A DNA stretch of 64,000 nucleotides from Octopus sinensis (lineage: Eukaryota), in contig NC_042999.1 of assembly GCF_006345805.1 (NCBI RefSeq), positions 9,858,001 through 9,922,000 on the forward strand, given 5' to 3'. Of the stretch, positions 40,901 to 53,527 are shown in pieces; the stretch's first letter is position 1; each line of letters starts with the position of its first letter. The translations under genes and the position numbers were made by a program. Under the pieces are notes generated by a model, which did no database searches, was not told where the DNA came from, and saw only the letters and a list, made by a program, of their open reading frames with translations.

Positions 40901-40904
40901 GCAT

Positions 40905-41310
40905 GTGCCTAAATACATACATATGTGTATGTATGTATGTATGTATGTATGTGTGTATGTATGTGTGTATGTATGTATGTAGTATGTATGTATGCATGTA
41001 TGTATGCATGTATGTAGTATGTATGTATGTATGTATGTATGTATGTATGTGTGTATGTAGTATTATGTATGTATGCATGTATTGTATGTATGTATGTATG
41101 TATGTATGCATGTATGTAGTATGTATGTATGTATGTATGTACTGATGTATGTGTGTATGTATGTATATGTATGTGTATGTAGTATGTATGGATGTAGTAT
41201 GATGTACGGAAGTACGTATGCATGCATCGATGTATGTATAATGTATGATAATATGATGTATGAATGTGTGTGTATGTATGTATGTATGTATGTATGTATG
41301 TATGTACGGA
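40905..41310. repeat. (TATG)n microsatellite
   Basis: Direct inspection. Confidence 0.95.
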
Positions 41311-41559
41311 AGTACGTATGCTCGCATTCGTTCCTTACCTGACAATTGTCGCATCACATGGACCGGAAACGGACGAAGAGGCCGTCTATTGACTTTCTTC
41401 TCTTCGATGTCAGCTGAATAAATTTTTCGTCAAAATCCGCCGCTTTATGGACACGTCATACACAGACACTGGTAGAGACATACATATACCTACGCACACA
41501 TACACACACATACACGCACACACACAAACACGCAAAAATGCACACTGATACATATATAT

Positions 41560-41920
41560 ACTCTTTTATTGTTTCAGTCATTTGACTGTGGCCATGCTGG
41601 AGCACCGCCTTTAGTCGATCAAATCGACCCCAAGACTTATTCTTTGTAAGCCTAGTACTTATTCTATCGGTCTTTTACCGAACCGCTAATGTACGGGGAC
41701 GTAAACATACGAGCATCGGTTGGAGGAACAAACACAGACACACGAACATATATATTCATATATAAAACGGGCTTTTTACACTTTCCGTCAACCAAATCCA
41801 CTCACAAAGCGTTGGTCAGCCTGAGGCTATAGTAGAAGGTACTTGCACAAAGTGCCACGCAGTGGGACTGAACCCGGAACCATGCGGTTCGTAAGCAAGC
41901 TACTTACGACACAGCCATGC
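41560..41920 (-). mobile_element. SINE family A, near full length
   Basis: Matches 46441-46846 throughout. Confidence 0.87.
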
Positions 41921-42113
41921 TACGTATAAATATATATATATATTTATACATACACATACAGATACATATAAATGTATAAACATAAACATGATTATATATT
42001 CCTCCATAATGTATATGTAAGTATATATATATATATATATATACACACACTATATATGTATATATATATAAATACACACACATACATATATAAATACATA
42101 CACACACATATAC

Positions 42114-42155
<42 letters not shown>

Positions 42156-42169
42156 TATCACGCACACAC

Positions 42170-42720
42170 ACACTAGGTCTGATCAAAAAGGTGTGGGAGT
42201 GGTGTTATAAAAAGAAAACTACATCCCATATCAATTCAGAATTCAATCTCCTTCGAAGTAATCCCTTTCTGAAGGCGCACTCTTTATCCAGCATCATAAT
42301 CAATGATGGAAGCATTCCTTCCTCAAACTCCATTTCTTGTACACGGAATAGCTGTCTCGTTGCCTAGTCTTGGATTTCATCGACGTCTTGAAAAATCTTG
42401 TTCTTTTCAAGTAAAATTTGGTTTTCTGAAAGAAGAAGGTAAGAAAAAGGCGTAGGAAGCACCAAGGTTTTGACAAAATTTGATGCAGATCTTCTGCTCA
42501 TTATCTTCTACCTTGGCCACAGATGGACTCTCGGTCGTGTGGTGAGACGACCATACTCTACACACTTCACTTCCAAGCAATGCTATAAACGGAAGGCATC
42601 TAGAAGGTTGTAATTTACTGTGCCTGAGTTTCAAGTCAATCTGCGCAAAACAGCTTCACTCGATGTACTTTAGCTCTGTTAACATAGCAACAGCTCCCGA
42701 TAATTTGGGATTAGATGTAT
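42170..42720 (-). mobile_element. Mariner deletion derivative
   Basis: TIR-like TAGGTCTGATCAAAAAG; EQKICIKFCQNLG N-terminus joined to C-terminal remnant. Confidence 0.7.
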
Positions 42721-43081
42721 GTATATATATGTATGCATATATATGTGTGTATATATGTAGGTTTGGAAATACAAACAGCAAAATTAGAGTACATATTTCT
42801 TTGTATTATTTTTATTCGGCAGAAGTTACAGAAACACTCAAGGGCCGAGAGTCTGAAGCACGGCGCCAATTTAAATGCCACGGAACTCTATTCTCAGTCC
42901 TCGAATCACATTGTAATTTCCGCCGATTAAGAATTATTCTGTGTATACACACACACACACGCACACGCACACGTGCATACATGCATACATACACACACAC
43001 ACAAACACGCACGTGCATACATGCATACATACACACACACACAGACACACACAGACCACACACACGCACACACACACCACA

Positions 43082-43118
<37 letters not shown>

Positions 43119-43141
43119 TATATATATATATATATATTATA

Positions 43142-44345
43142 CAGTGGTTGGACAAAATAATGGAAACACCTAGCATCATAATTTTGAAATATCTGTAAAA
43201 CCGTCAAAAGCTTGTTTACGTTTATTTTTTTGATTTATTATTAGTGCTGCTTAATATGTTTTGCTAAAATTGCTGTTTCTTTTCAGATATCATCAGAAAA
43301 AGGTAGTTAAATTCATTAAAATGACAGATCTATCAGACTTAAAAGAGGTCAATTGATGGTGCTCGTATGGCAGGCGCTATCCTAACAAAAACAGCCAAAA
43401 GTTTGGTGTGCATCAAGAAGTACTGTCTCAAAAGTATTGACAGCCTTTGAGAAAGAGGAAAAAAACCTCCTCATCGAAAAAAAACTTCAGAAGAAAACCA
43501 AAACTTTCAGATAGGGACCGTCGGACTCTTACACAAATTGTTAGAAACTATCACAAAAGTACAGCTCAATGACCACCTCAAGGACCCAGTTTCCACAAAA
43601 ACTGTTCACCAGGAGCTGCACAAAACCAGATTTCATGGGAAGGCTGCAATCAGAAAACTACTACTTTCAAAAACAAACATTGTAAAGCATTTAGAGTGGA
43701 GTAAAAACCTACAGAATTGGTCCCTAGAACAGTGGAAGAATGATATTTTCTCTGACAAGTCATCCTTCACCTTATTTCCAACCACCTGCCAAGTATGTGT
43801 GTGGAGACAGTCAAAAGAAGCATTTGATCCAGACTGCCTTCTTCCAACTGTTAAACATGGAGGAGGATCTGTGATGATTTGGGGGCTATATCTTGGAAAT
43901 TTGCCAGCCCAATGGCTTCCATTCATGGCAGAATTAATAGTCAATACAATTTAAGCATTTTATCTGATCAAATTCATCCTACGGTTGCGGAACTGTTTCC
44001 AGAGAGAAACACCAGGATGATAATGCACCAATTCACACAGCTAAAGTTGTTACTGAATGGCACAAGGAACATTCTAATGAAGTTAAACATCTTATCTGGC
44101 CACCACAGTCCTCAGATATCAATATTATTGAACATTTATGGTGCATTTTAGAAAAACAAGTAAGGAGTCGATATCCTCCACCATCTTTAGCTGAAGATTA
44201 GATAAAAATTCCTTTGGAAACAATTCAAACTTTACATGAGTCCATACCTCGTAGAATTCAAGCTGTAATTACTGGCAAATGTGGTCCTACCCCATATTGA
44301 AATAAATTTGTTTGAAATTTTCTGGTGTTTCCTTTATTTTGTCCA
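43142..44345 (+). mobile_element. Tc1 (DD34E) transposon, degenerate
   Basis: TIR CAGTGGTTGGACAAAATAATGGAAACACC, right TIR lacks terminal ~7 bp; MTDLSD..RGQ, FSDKSSF, DNAPIH, WPPQSSDINIIEHLW. Confidence 0.9.
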
Positions 44346-44422
44346 TATATATATATATATTCACCATGATAGATCGCTGGCCACTTCGCATTCTTTATTT
44401 TGTCTCCTTGTTTCTGTGTCCA

Positions 44423-44460
44423 TTTCTGTAGAAGAGCGTAGGCTCGAAACATTAAAGACT
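44423..44460 (+). ncRNA. Decayed hammerhead motif, PLE family
   Basis: CTGTAGA-A-GAGC GTAG GCTC-GAAAC ATT-AAAG; stem III palindrome broken. Confidence 0.55.
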
Positions 44461-45346
44461 TTTCACTTCCCGAGCGTTAAATTTGATTTTCACTATAAAT
44501 TTTTGAATAGGTACAGTACCCCTACCATTTGCTATTGATTTTAATTGACCTCTAGATGTTGACCTAAATTCCTTCTTACCATATAAAAACAAAAGTTAAA
44601 ATATAAACAATAATAAATAAATAACCTTCTATTCTAGTGTTAACCTTAATCTTCTTACTGTATCTCTCTCTACCGATAACCTATGACCTCTTTAGTGTTT
44701 TTCCTTTTATCTTCCTTTGTTTTTAACCCCACTATTAGTTCTGAGAGTTTTCAGTTGAAAGCTAGGGGTGGTCAAAATTACAGTTCTCTTAGGAATTTAA
44801 GATTCCTTCCACACTGACCTAGATTTTCTGTTACCATAGAAATAGACTGACCGTTCTTAGTTGTATCTTTATTCCTTCTTACATCCCCATTATATTTCTT
44901 CTCCTATTGTTCTTTGCTCTAGCTAGTCAACTTCCTCAACCTACCTCGCTGTCTTTCATACAACTATAGAATTTTGTTTGCAACAGTTAGATGCGAACTT
45001 AACCGTGGTCTGATCGGAATCTTTCCTCATGTGTCTTGAAATTTATATCCACATCTTTATGAGTAGATTTACCTTCTCTGAGATGTCAATAATTAATTTA
45101 ATAACTTTGCATTGTTGGAAAACATATATAGTCTGCTTGGATTCTTACTTCAAGTTCCTGGAACTCACTTCTATAACTTTATAAGGATATTTACACTCTC
45201 TAAGATGTTTGGAAAACCTATATGAAATTTAGCTGAAGAGTACTTGACATTATATTTGCTGTAATATTTGCAGCTTTAATAAAATGTTTATAGTATGAAA
45301 CAATTGTACTAAACTACTGATCCATTCTTGTTGCTTATTTTTTGGT

Positions 45347-45380
<34 letters not shown>

Positions 45381-45430
45381 AACACACACACACACAGAGG
45401 CACACATATTCATACGTACATCCGTCTATC

Positions 45431-45464
<34 letters not shown>

Positions 45465-46181
45465 TGTGTGTACAGGACTCACCCGTCGGTTTCGATGTAT
45501 ATATGTATTTCGTTTTCATTGTCCTGTTTTTAGCTCACCATGCCATGTGCACACAGTCTGAGGATTGCGTGAGGGCACCAGACGTGTTAAAAAGTGCTGT
45601 CTGGGCTGCTTTAATCGCATGAAACTAATAGTAGCTCATAAAAAATATGTCTTGTGGTTATTAAATAATGTTTATCTCTCACCAGATGGGGCACTTTTCT
45701 GTTGATCTTACCATCACAGAACGGAACACTATATATATATACTTATATATATATACAAACATACATATATATATATACACAAACAAACATATATACATAC
45801 AAATATATGTGTGTGTTACACTGCGGTTTATATACAAAATAAATGTTTGATAGAAGTTGATAGCAATACCGGTGAAGCATTGAATATAAAAACTTACAAT
45901 AGCGAAGATATAAAAAAGTTCCTGTTCTGCATATATTCGATTAGTCCTGATATTTCGGGTTAAGAATCATTTTACGAGGGCATTAAGAGACCAGGGGGAA
46001 GAGATAAACTAATTGGCCGCTGGGATGATGTATTGAATCATTGTTACATCAACATTGCTATCAAAATCGATAAGACACTGATTACACACACACAGCATGA
46101 ATGCGTACAAACGAACGGTTGTATGTACATATGTGTGAGTATGTGGTGTGCATGTGTGTGTGTATGTATAAACACTTTTAC

Positions 46182-46214
<33 letters not shown>

Positions 46215-46289
46215 ATATATATGTCTATATACTGAATTATATATATATACATATATATATGCATATAAATATATATATATATATATATC

Positions 46290-46355
<66 letters not shown>

Positions 46356-46361
46356 TATATG

Positions 46362-46392
<31 letters not shown>

Positions 46393-46440
46393 GTGTGGTG
46401 TGTGTATGTATAAATAATATATATATATATTCTCTTTTTT

Positions 46441-46846
46441 ACTCTCTTTTACTTGTTTCAGTCATTTGACTGCGGCCATGCTGGAGCACCACCTTTAATC
46501 GAGCACCTCGACCCCAGGACTTATTCTTTGTAAGCCCAGTACTTATTCTATCGGTCTCTTTTTGCCGAACCGCTAAGTGACGGGAACATAAACACACCAG
46601 CATCGGTTGTCAAGCAATGCTAGGGGGACAAACACAGACACACAATCATACACACACATACATATATATATATACATATATCCGACTGGCTTCTTTCAAT
46701 TTCCGTCTACCAAATCCACTCACAAGGCATTGGTCGGCCCGAGGCTATAGCAGAAGACACTTGCTCAAGATGCCACGCAGTAGGATTGAATGCGGAACCA
46801 TGTGGCTGGTAAGCAAGCTACTTACCACACAACCATTCCTGCGCCT
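46441..46846 (-). mobile_element. SINE family A, full length
   Basis: Head AGGCGCAGGAATGGTTGTGTGGTAAG through tail GTAAAAGAGAGT on minus. Confidence 0.9.
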
Positions 46847-46869
46847 ATATATATAATATATATATATAT

Positions 46870-46909
<40 letters not shown>

Positions 46910-47164
46910 AATTGAATTAAACTGAACTAGTTTTTAGCTCATGAGCTGTGGCAATGCTGTGGCACCAACATTTGGTATTGCTATGTTATTTTTACTTCAC
47001 TAATTCTTTTTAGAATTTGACATTTGGTGCATGGAGGAGTTTGACACCGCTGACCTCATTTGCACTTCCTGATGTGAAGTTGGTTCATCTGAGATTCTTG
47101 ACAGTAAGAAGTCTAGTTTCATTTTGAAGACATCTACATCCACCCCATGTATGTCTTTCAGGTC

Positions 47165-48004
47165 TTTCGGGAGGATAGTTTGGCACTGGTTGACCTTGAA
47201 CTCTACTTTGCATGCGCATTAAGTTTTAACGTTTTAGCTCACTTCCGCTGTTTACAGCAGTGCTTGGAAGGAAGGTGTGTAGCGTGTGATCGTCGCATTG
47301 ACCATGACAGAGAAAGTTGTTATGGGGATACCTGCGTAGTGGAATACTCATAGTTACAGAAAGTGTATGGAGTGGAGTGTATGACCCGTACACAAGTGCA
47401 CGAGTGGTTCAGAGGTTTCCAAGATGGCCGAGAAAATGTCAAAATCGACGAACGTTCTGGGAGACCCGCAACAAGCAGAAGTGAGAAAAACATCGCAAAT
47501 GTGCGTGCAGCTGTGAGGGGAAATCATCAAATCACCCATCCGTGAGTTATCAGAGGATGTGAAGGTTAATTGCAGTTCAGTTCAGTCCATTATTACTGAA
47601 AATTTGGGTATGAGACGCGTGTCTGCCAAATTTGCGCCAAAACTGCTTTCAGCTGACCAAAAGTACACCCGGGTTTCAGTTGCACAAGATCTTCTAGATT
47701 GTGTCGAGAACGATAAAAAGTTTTTGAAAACTTTGCGTAGGCCTCTGAGCAGGCATCGCCAATAATTTGGCAAAATTTGATGCAGATTCTCTGCTCAACT
47801 TTCTCTGTCATGGTCGATGTTACGATCAAACGCTACACACGTTCCTTCCAAGAACTGCTGTAAACAGCGGAAGTGAGCTAGAGTGTTAAAACTTTGTGCG
47901 CATGCACAGCAGAGTTTAGGGTCAATCTGTGCCAAGAAGATTCACTCTGCACGGCTTAGCTTCGTTACTATGGTAACAGTCCGGTTACTTATTGATCAGA
48001 TCAC
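47165..48004. mobile_element. Mariner derivative made of two inverted 5' ends
   Basis: Plus: EWFRGFQDGRE...RSGRP...KFAPKLLS; minus: MTEKVEQRICIKFC and TIR GATCTGATCAATAAGT; 47178-47320 inverted with 47790-47935. Confidence 0.8.
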
Positions 48005-48404
48005 GTGCTTTTTTGGCAAAGAAATGCACAACACTCACTTCTAGTATTTCGGGTTGCCTTCTTCAAGCAGGCATCTCAGCCGAAACTTCGAAGTTACTGT
48101 TAGTATTTCATTTCCAAAACTATAATGTTTATGTTTGTCTGCATGTATATGCCAATACATATACGCATTACATATGCTTGAATCGATCTACATTTGTTTA
48201 TAAATTGTATGTATGCATATATGTATGTTTCTGTACGTGTGTATGCGTATGTGTTGGTGTACAGATATAAAACATTCGTTTTGGAAGCTATACAATATCT
48301 CTGGTCTGTAATTACTTCGACTCTCCCACGTCAATATGCTTTGTGTAAGAATGAACGCATATATACATATATATGTGGTGTGTGTGTGTCTGTATGTGTG
48401 TGTA

Positions 48405-48471
<67 letters not shown>

Positions 48472-48508
48472 GATCAAAGTAAAATAAAAACATGATGCGA
48501 AGGATTCA

Positions 48509-48586
48509 GCGGTACATATGTTTCGAGCCTTTATTAGACAGATTTATAACAATGCATAATGTATGTCTGTGGCCTTCTTCAGCCGC
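48509..48586 (-). ncRNA. Type I hammerhead ribozyme with extended stem II
   Basis: GCGG-CTGAAGA-AGGCC...GGCTC-GAAAC ATAT GTA-CCGC. Confidence 0.72.
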
Positions 48587-49158
48587 GCCCCACAGCTTCC
48601 ACAAGGACATGTGTTACATCAAAAATTCTTGGTTGGGGATGCAAATCCTCACGTACGACATATGCGGCAGCAGCATAGAATTGAAGCGTCCATCTCTTTC
48701 TTCTCTCAATGTAGAATGAGGAAAATTGGATGTTGAGGTAATGTAATAAATAAATACATATATAAGGTGAAGATGGAGGGGCGAGAGTTCGGGACGAGGG
48801 ATAAAAAATGTTTAAAAAGTGTAAGTATAGAATAATATAAAAATGTAGAGGATAAAGATATAAAGAGTTGTAAGGATTGACCCTAAACTCTGCTGTGCAT
48901 GCGCACAAAGTTTTAACACTCTAGCTCACTTTCGAACCCTCGTCCCGAACCTCGCCCCTCCATCTTCACCTCTATATATGTATTTATTTATTTACATTAC
49001 CTCAACATCCAATTTTCCTCATTCTACATTGAGAGAAGAAAGAGATGGACGCTTCAATTCTATGCTGCTGCCGCATTATGTCGTACGTGAATGAGAGGAT
49101 TTGCATCCCCAACCAAGAATTTTTGATGTAACACATGTCCTTGTGGAAGCTGTTGTGC

Positions 49159-49236
49159 GCGGCTGAAGAAGGCCACAGACATACATTATGCATTGTTATA
49201 AATCTGTCTAATAAAGGCCCGAAACATATGTACCGC
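49159..49236 (+). ncRNA. Type I hammerhead ribozyme with extended stem II
   Basis: GCGG-CTGAAGA-AGGCC...GGCCC-GAAAC ATAT GTA-CCGC; ACATATGT palindrome. Confidence 0.75.
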
Positions 49237-49343
49237 TGAATCCTTCGCATCATGTTTTTATTTTATTTTGATCAATTTACTCCACCACCTACACCACCAA
49301 ACGGTATACACAGGTGCTTATAATTATCAAGTACTCACCCCGA

Positions 49344-49392
<49 letters not shown>

Positions 49393-50279
49393 TATTAATG
49401 CGTATGTATATATATATGTGTATGTATATATATATGTGTGTATAAATATATATGTATATATATGTAATTAATGTGTATATATATATATGTGTATATATAT
49501 ATATATGCATATATATATATATATATATATGTACATATATGTATGCATATATATATATATATATGCATATGTATACGTAGTATATGTATATATACATATA
49601 TATATCATATATATATACATACACACACACACACACACACACACATACATACATATATATATATAAGTAAATATATATATATCATAAATTACATGGGTGG
49701 TGTATATATGTATGTCTATGTCTGGCTCACCCGAAACGGGTTAGCTGACAATGTCCAAGTACTTGAGGCAACGGGTGGCTCGTATCGTGGCGCCTTCCTA
49801 CCTTAATAAATCTTGACGACAAAGTAACAGATTCACAACCATTCACGTATATACCTACACACACACACATAAACATACGAATGTCTTTATATGTGTATAT
49901 AAACACACATATATGTGTGTATATATATGTATATAAATACGCTTACATGCATTTATATGCATATATATATATATGCATAAAGATAGATGCATGTATACAT
50001 GTATTATATATATATATATATGTATGTATATGTTTATGTATATACGTATGTATGTATGTGTGTATGTACGTGTGTGTGTGGGTGGCTGGCTGGCTGGGTG
50101 TATATATGAAAGGTAACACTGCTGCAGTCAATAACAGAGGTACATAACTGTATCTGATCCCTCCTTAAATTGTTTACTTATTATCATCTGTCCGTGGCTT
50201 GTAATGATGGATTGGCCTGGGTGGGTCGTGGTGGTCGTGGGTTGGCAATGACGGGCGTTGTTGTCACCGTCATCATAGC

Positions 50280-50545
50280 TGTTGACAATGGTGATGATTG
50301 GGGTGGCTGTGGATGATTGCGTTGATGATGACGATGGTGGAGATGTTGTTGGTGGTGGTGACGATGACCCTGATGGGGGTGTCAGTAGTGGTGGTGGTGG
50401 TGGTGGTGGTGAGAGTAGCGGTGAAGGTGGAGTCGATGGCGACTATAATGCAAACAATAGGGGGCGGCTGTGATGTTCATGCAGACGCTATTGCTCTTGA
50501 CGATGATGATGATCACGACGATGACGACGACGACGATGGTGGTGG

Positions 50546-50580
<35 letters not shown>

Positions 50581-50650
50581 ATGGTGGTGGGGTGGTGGTG
50601 GTGGTGGCGGCGGCGGCGGCGGCGGTGGTGGTGGTGGTGTTGGCGGCGGC
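50280..50650. repeat. (GAT/GGT/GGC)n compound repeat
   Basis: Direct inspection. Confidence 0.9.
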
Positions 50651-51164
50651 GCTGCTTCTGCCTGTAAATAGCTTTGTAATGAAGCATGCATAATCGTCAT
50701 ACGAAACCAAAAGGGATTTATCATTTCTTGTGCCAAACGACAGACAAACCCCGGCGCTCCTCCCATAGCGCAACAACCGGTAAACAAACAACATGTGTGC
50801 CTGTGTGCGTGTGCGTGTGCGTGTGCGTTTGTGTGTCTGTATTTGTATGTGTGTTTGTCTGTTCATGTGTGTCTGTAAATTTAAATTTATGTGTTCGTGA
50901 ATGAAGTCACACATAGAAAACATACGTGAGTGGTGTGTGTGTGTGTGTGTGCGTTTATGTCTGTGTGTCTGTCTTTCTGTCCGTCTGAATGTATGCTCGC
51001 ATGAGTGTATATATTCGTGTAAATATATATGCCCGTATGCATGTATGTATATGTATTATATATATATGTATGTGTGTAAGATCTAGGGATCTAAGTGAAG
51101 GAAGAAAGACAGCGTCAAGCAATCTGTACTCTTATGTGGTATATATAATAATATAATAAATATT

Positions 51165-51196
<32 letters not shown>

Positions 51197-51241
51197 GTAT
51201 GTATTATATACGTATATATCAATTATATATATATATAATAT

Positions 51242-51272
<31 letters not shown>

Positions 51273-52008
51273 ATAAATATAAAAATATTAAAATACTAAG
51301 TCTCTCTAAAAGAGAACAACGGCAGCGTTCCCGGAAAATATTAGTTATCGCCATACTAATATGGCATTCTTATAAAAATAAGAATAAGCTGACCGCTTAT
51401 TAGCTCCATGAGGCCATCGCCTTAAGTTAGATTTGATACCAAACTGTATCCATATAACCTTTGAACAGGAGGTCAGTCGCTCCACACTACTTGGCCGGCA
51501 GCTATACAGACCTCCCTTGTTCAAAGGTTATATGGATACAGTTTGTGTATCAAATAGCTAACTTAAGGCGATGGCCTCATGGAGCTAATAAGCGGTCAGC
51601 TTTATTCTTATTTTTATAAGAATGCCATATTAGTATGGCGATAACTAATATTTTCCGGGAACGCTGCCGTTGTTCTCTTTTAGAGAGACTTAGTAATTTT
51701 AATATTTCTATTATTGAAAACAAGTGGATGTATTCCACCGAAGCTAGGTAAATAAAACCTTTGAACAGAGATTGTCGGAAGCGACACCTACTGATTTTTC
51801 CTTGGATTACGTCGGATTATTTTACGCTGTAAGCTGTTATGTTAGTTCGTTTGTTTCTGGATTTAACGTACAATTTTTGGAGTATTAACTTGTGGAACAA
51901 AGTAATTTTCGCCCTTCGGGGTAGAAAATTTCTTTTTATATATGAACTTTAATTCAGTGTGGATTAATTTTTATCTTGTCTCTTGTGACAAGTCACTTGC
52001 ATTTTAAT

Positions 52009-53501
52009 ATGGATCTTGACTTAACGTCAAATTCTGATTTTCCCGAGATGGGAGAAGTTAAAAAATAAAGGAAATCAAAGGATACAAAGGAGAAACAAAG
52101 TTTTTCGGAAGCCGTTGGAGGCAATGTTATAGAACTGGAAGTAACAATGGAGGATCTCTTCAAGTTCAGAAAGTTCATACAAAGGAATGGAGAAGAAACG
52201 AGAATAATACCGCCCCCTGACACCTTACAAGCAATCCGTGAGAAGACGGTAATTTATAAGGTATATAATATTAAGGAAAAAAAGATTGCAGATGTAAGAA
52301 ATGAATTGGTAGAACGGTGCATGGCACCAATTTGGAACAAGGTTCGCTATGTTGGCCGAGGAGTGAGAAGCGCTACTATTGAAGCGCATTTCGAGTCGGC
52401 TAGCATAGCGAAGGAAATTTCAACTCAAACGTTGAAGAGTGCAGACATCCTGTTGCTGCCCACGTACTTAGGGCGCAGAACAGCTAAGATAACAATAGAG
52501 GATATACCAACAGGTTACGATGTAATGTGGGCAGCAACAGCGGTCGTATTCGACGTAGAAGAGAAATTAAACATTTTAAACATGAGGATGAAAGAGGCAA
52601 AATTTTGGAAAGGTCAGCAGCTTGAAATGATCGTTCAAGCTGACAATGCAACGCTGGAGAGTTTGCCAGACAGGGTCTTCGTGGGGATGGACACACATGC
52701 GCGGGTATCGGTGGAGGGACGTAGGCCTAGATGTTTCAAATGTGGGCAGAAGGGTCACGTCCGCTCAGAGTGCAAAAAAAGAAAAAACCGTTAATGCCCC
52801 CATTCAAACCGCTGTGGAGAACAAAGCAGACATCACAGCAACAACAAAAGAGAATACCCGGAAAAAGCAAAATGAAAGTCAAAAGGAGGAAAAGAAAATG
52901 AATGGAAAACAAAGCGAAAACGAAAACGAGGTGGAAAATATTTTATCAAATGGAAAAGAACTGGAAGTAATGGAATATACGACTGTAACCAACAAAAGGA
53001 AGAAATCCAATACCCCGGACTCCCCCCCCCAAACAAAAAGAAAAACAAACGCAGAAGAACAACACAAAAAAATTATCCAATCCCACCCCGCTGGCACTAC
53101 TTTTGTAGGCCAGCATTTCATTAAACCCCAGCCCCCAACTTTAAAAGGATTCAAAAAAACCGATAGGTGCATTGCTTATAACACAAAAAACGAGAGAGTA
53201 GTTTGGTACATAAAGGCGAAACCAAACATAAAATGTTTCAAATCATCGGAAAAAAAAACCGGATTGGAGGTATGCGAAGGTTGGAGAGGAGGAATGGAAG
53301 GAGAGATTCTTCCAACTACACGTGAGGGACAACCTGATTAAAGATGTCACACAAGAGGTGATAGCTGGAAAATTGAATATTAGCCCGGCAGCCACTCCAT
53401 CCCAGAGCCCGGTGGCAACGCCGGTTAAATGCCCAGCAACAACGGAGAGTGTGGGGGAGGCAGGCAGACAAAAGCTGCCATGCTCCCTCTCACAACCGTA
53501 A
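52009..53501 (+). pseudogene. LINE ORF1 (CCHC zinc knuckle), frameshifted
   Basis: CFKCGQKGHVRSEC; the ORFs 52147-52794 and 52646-53341 join via a homopolymer frameshift; end point approximate. Confidence 0.8.
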
Positions 53502-53527
53502 GTAACAACTTTCTTCTTCATTCATCG

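Larger units (their letters stand above)
48468..49277. mobile_element. Foldback element (~335-bp arms) with two opposed hammerheads
   Basis: 48468-48800 is the reverse complement of 48937-49277. Confidence 0.85.

Noticed and set aside
43262-43300. Minus-strand CTGATGA...GAAAC in the Tc1 leader
   Set aside because: No stem II pairing
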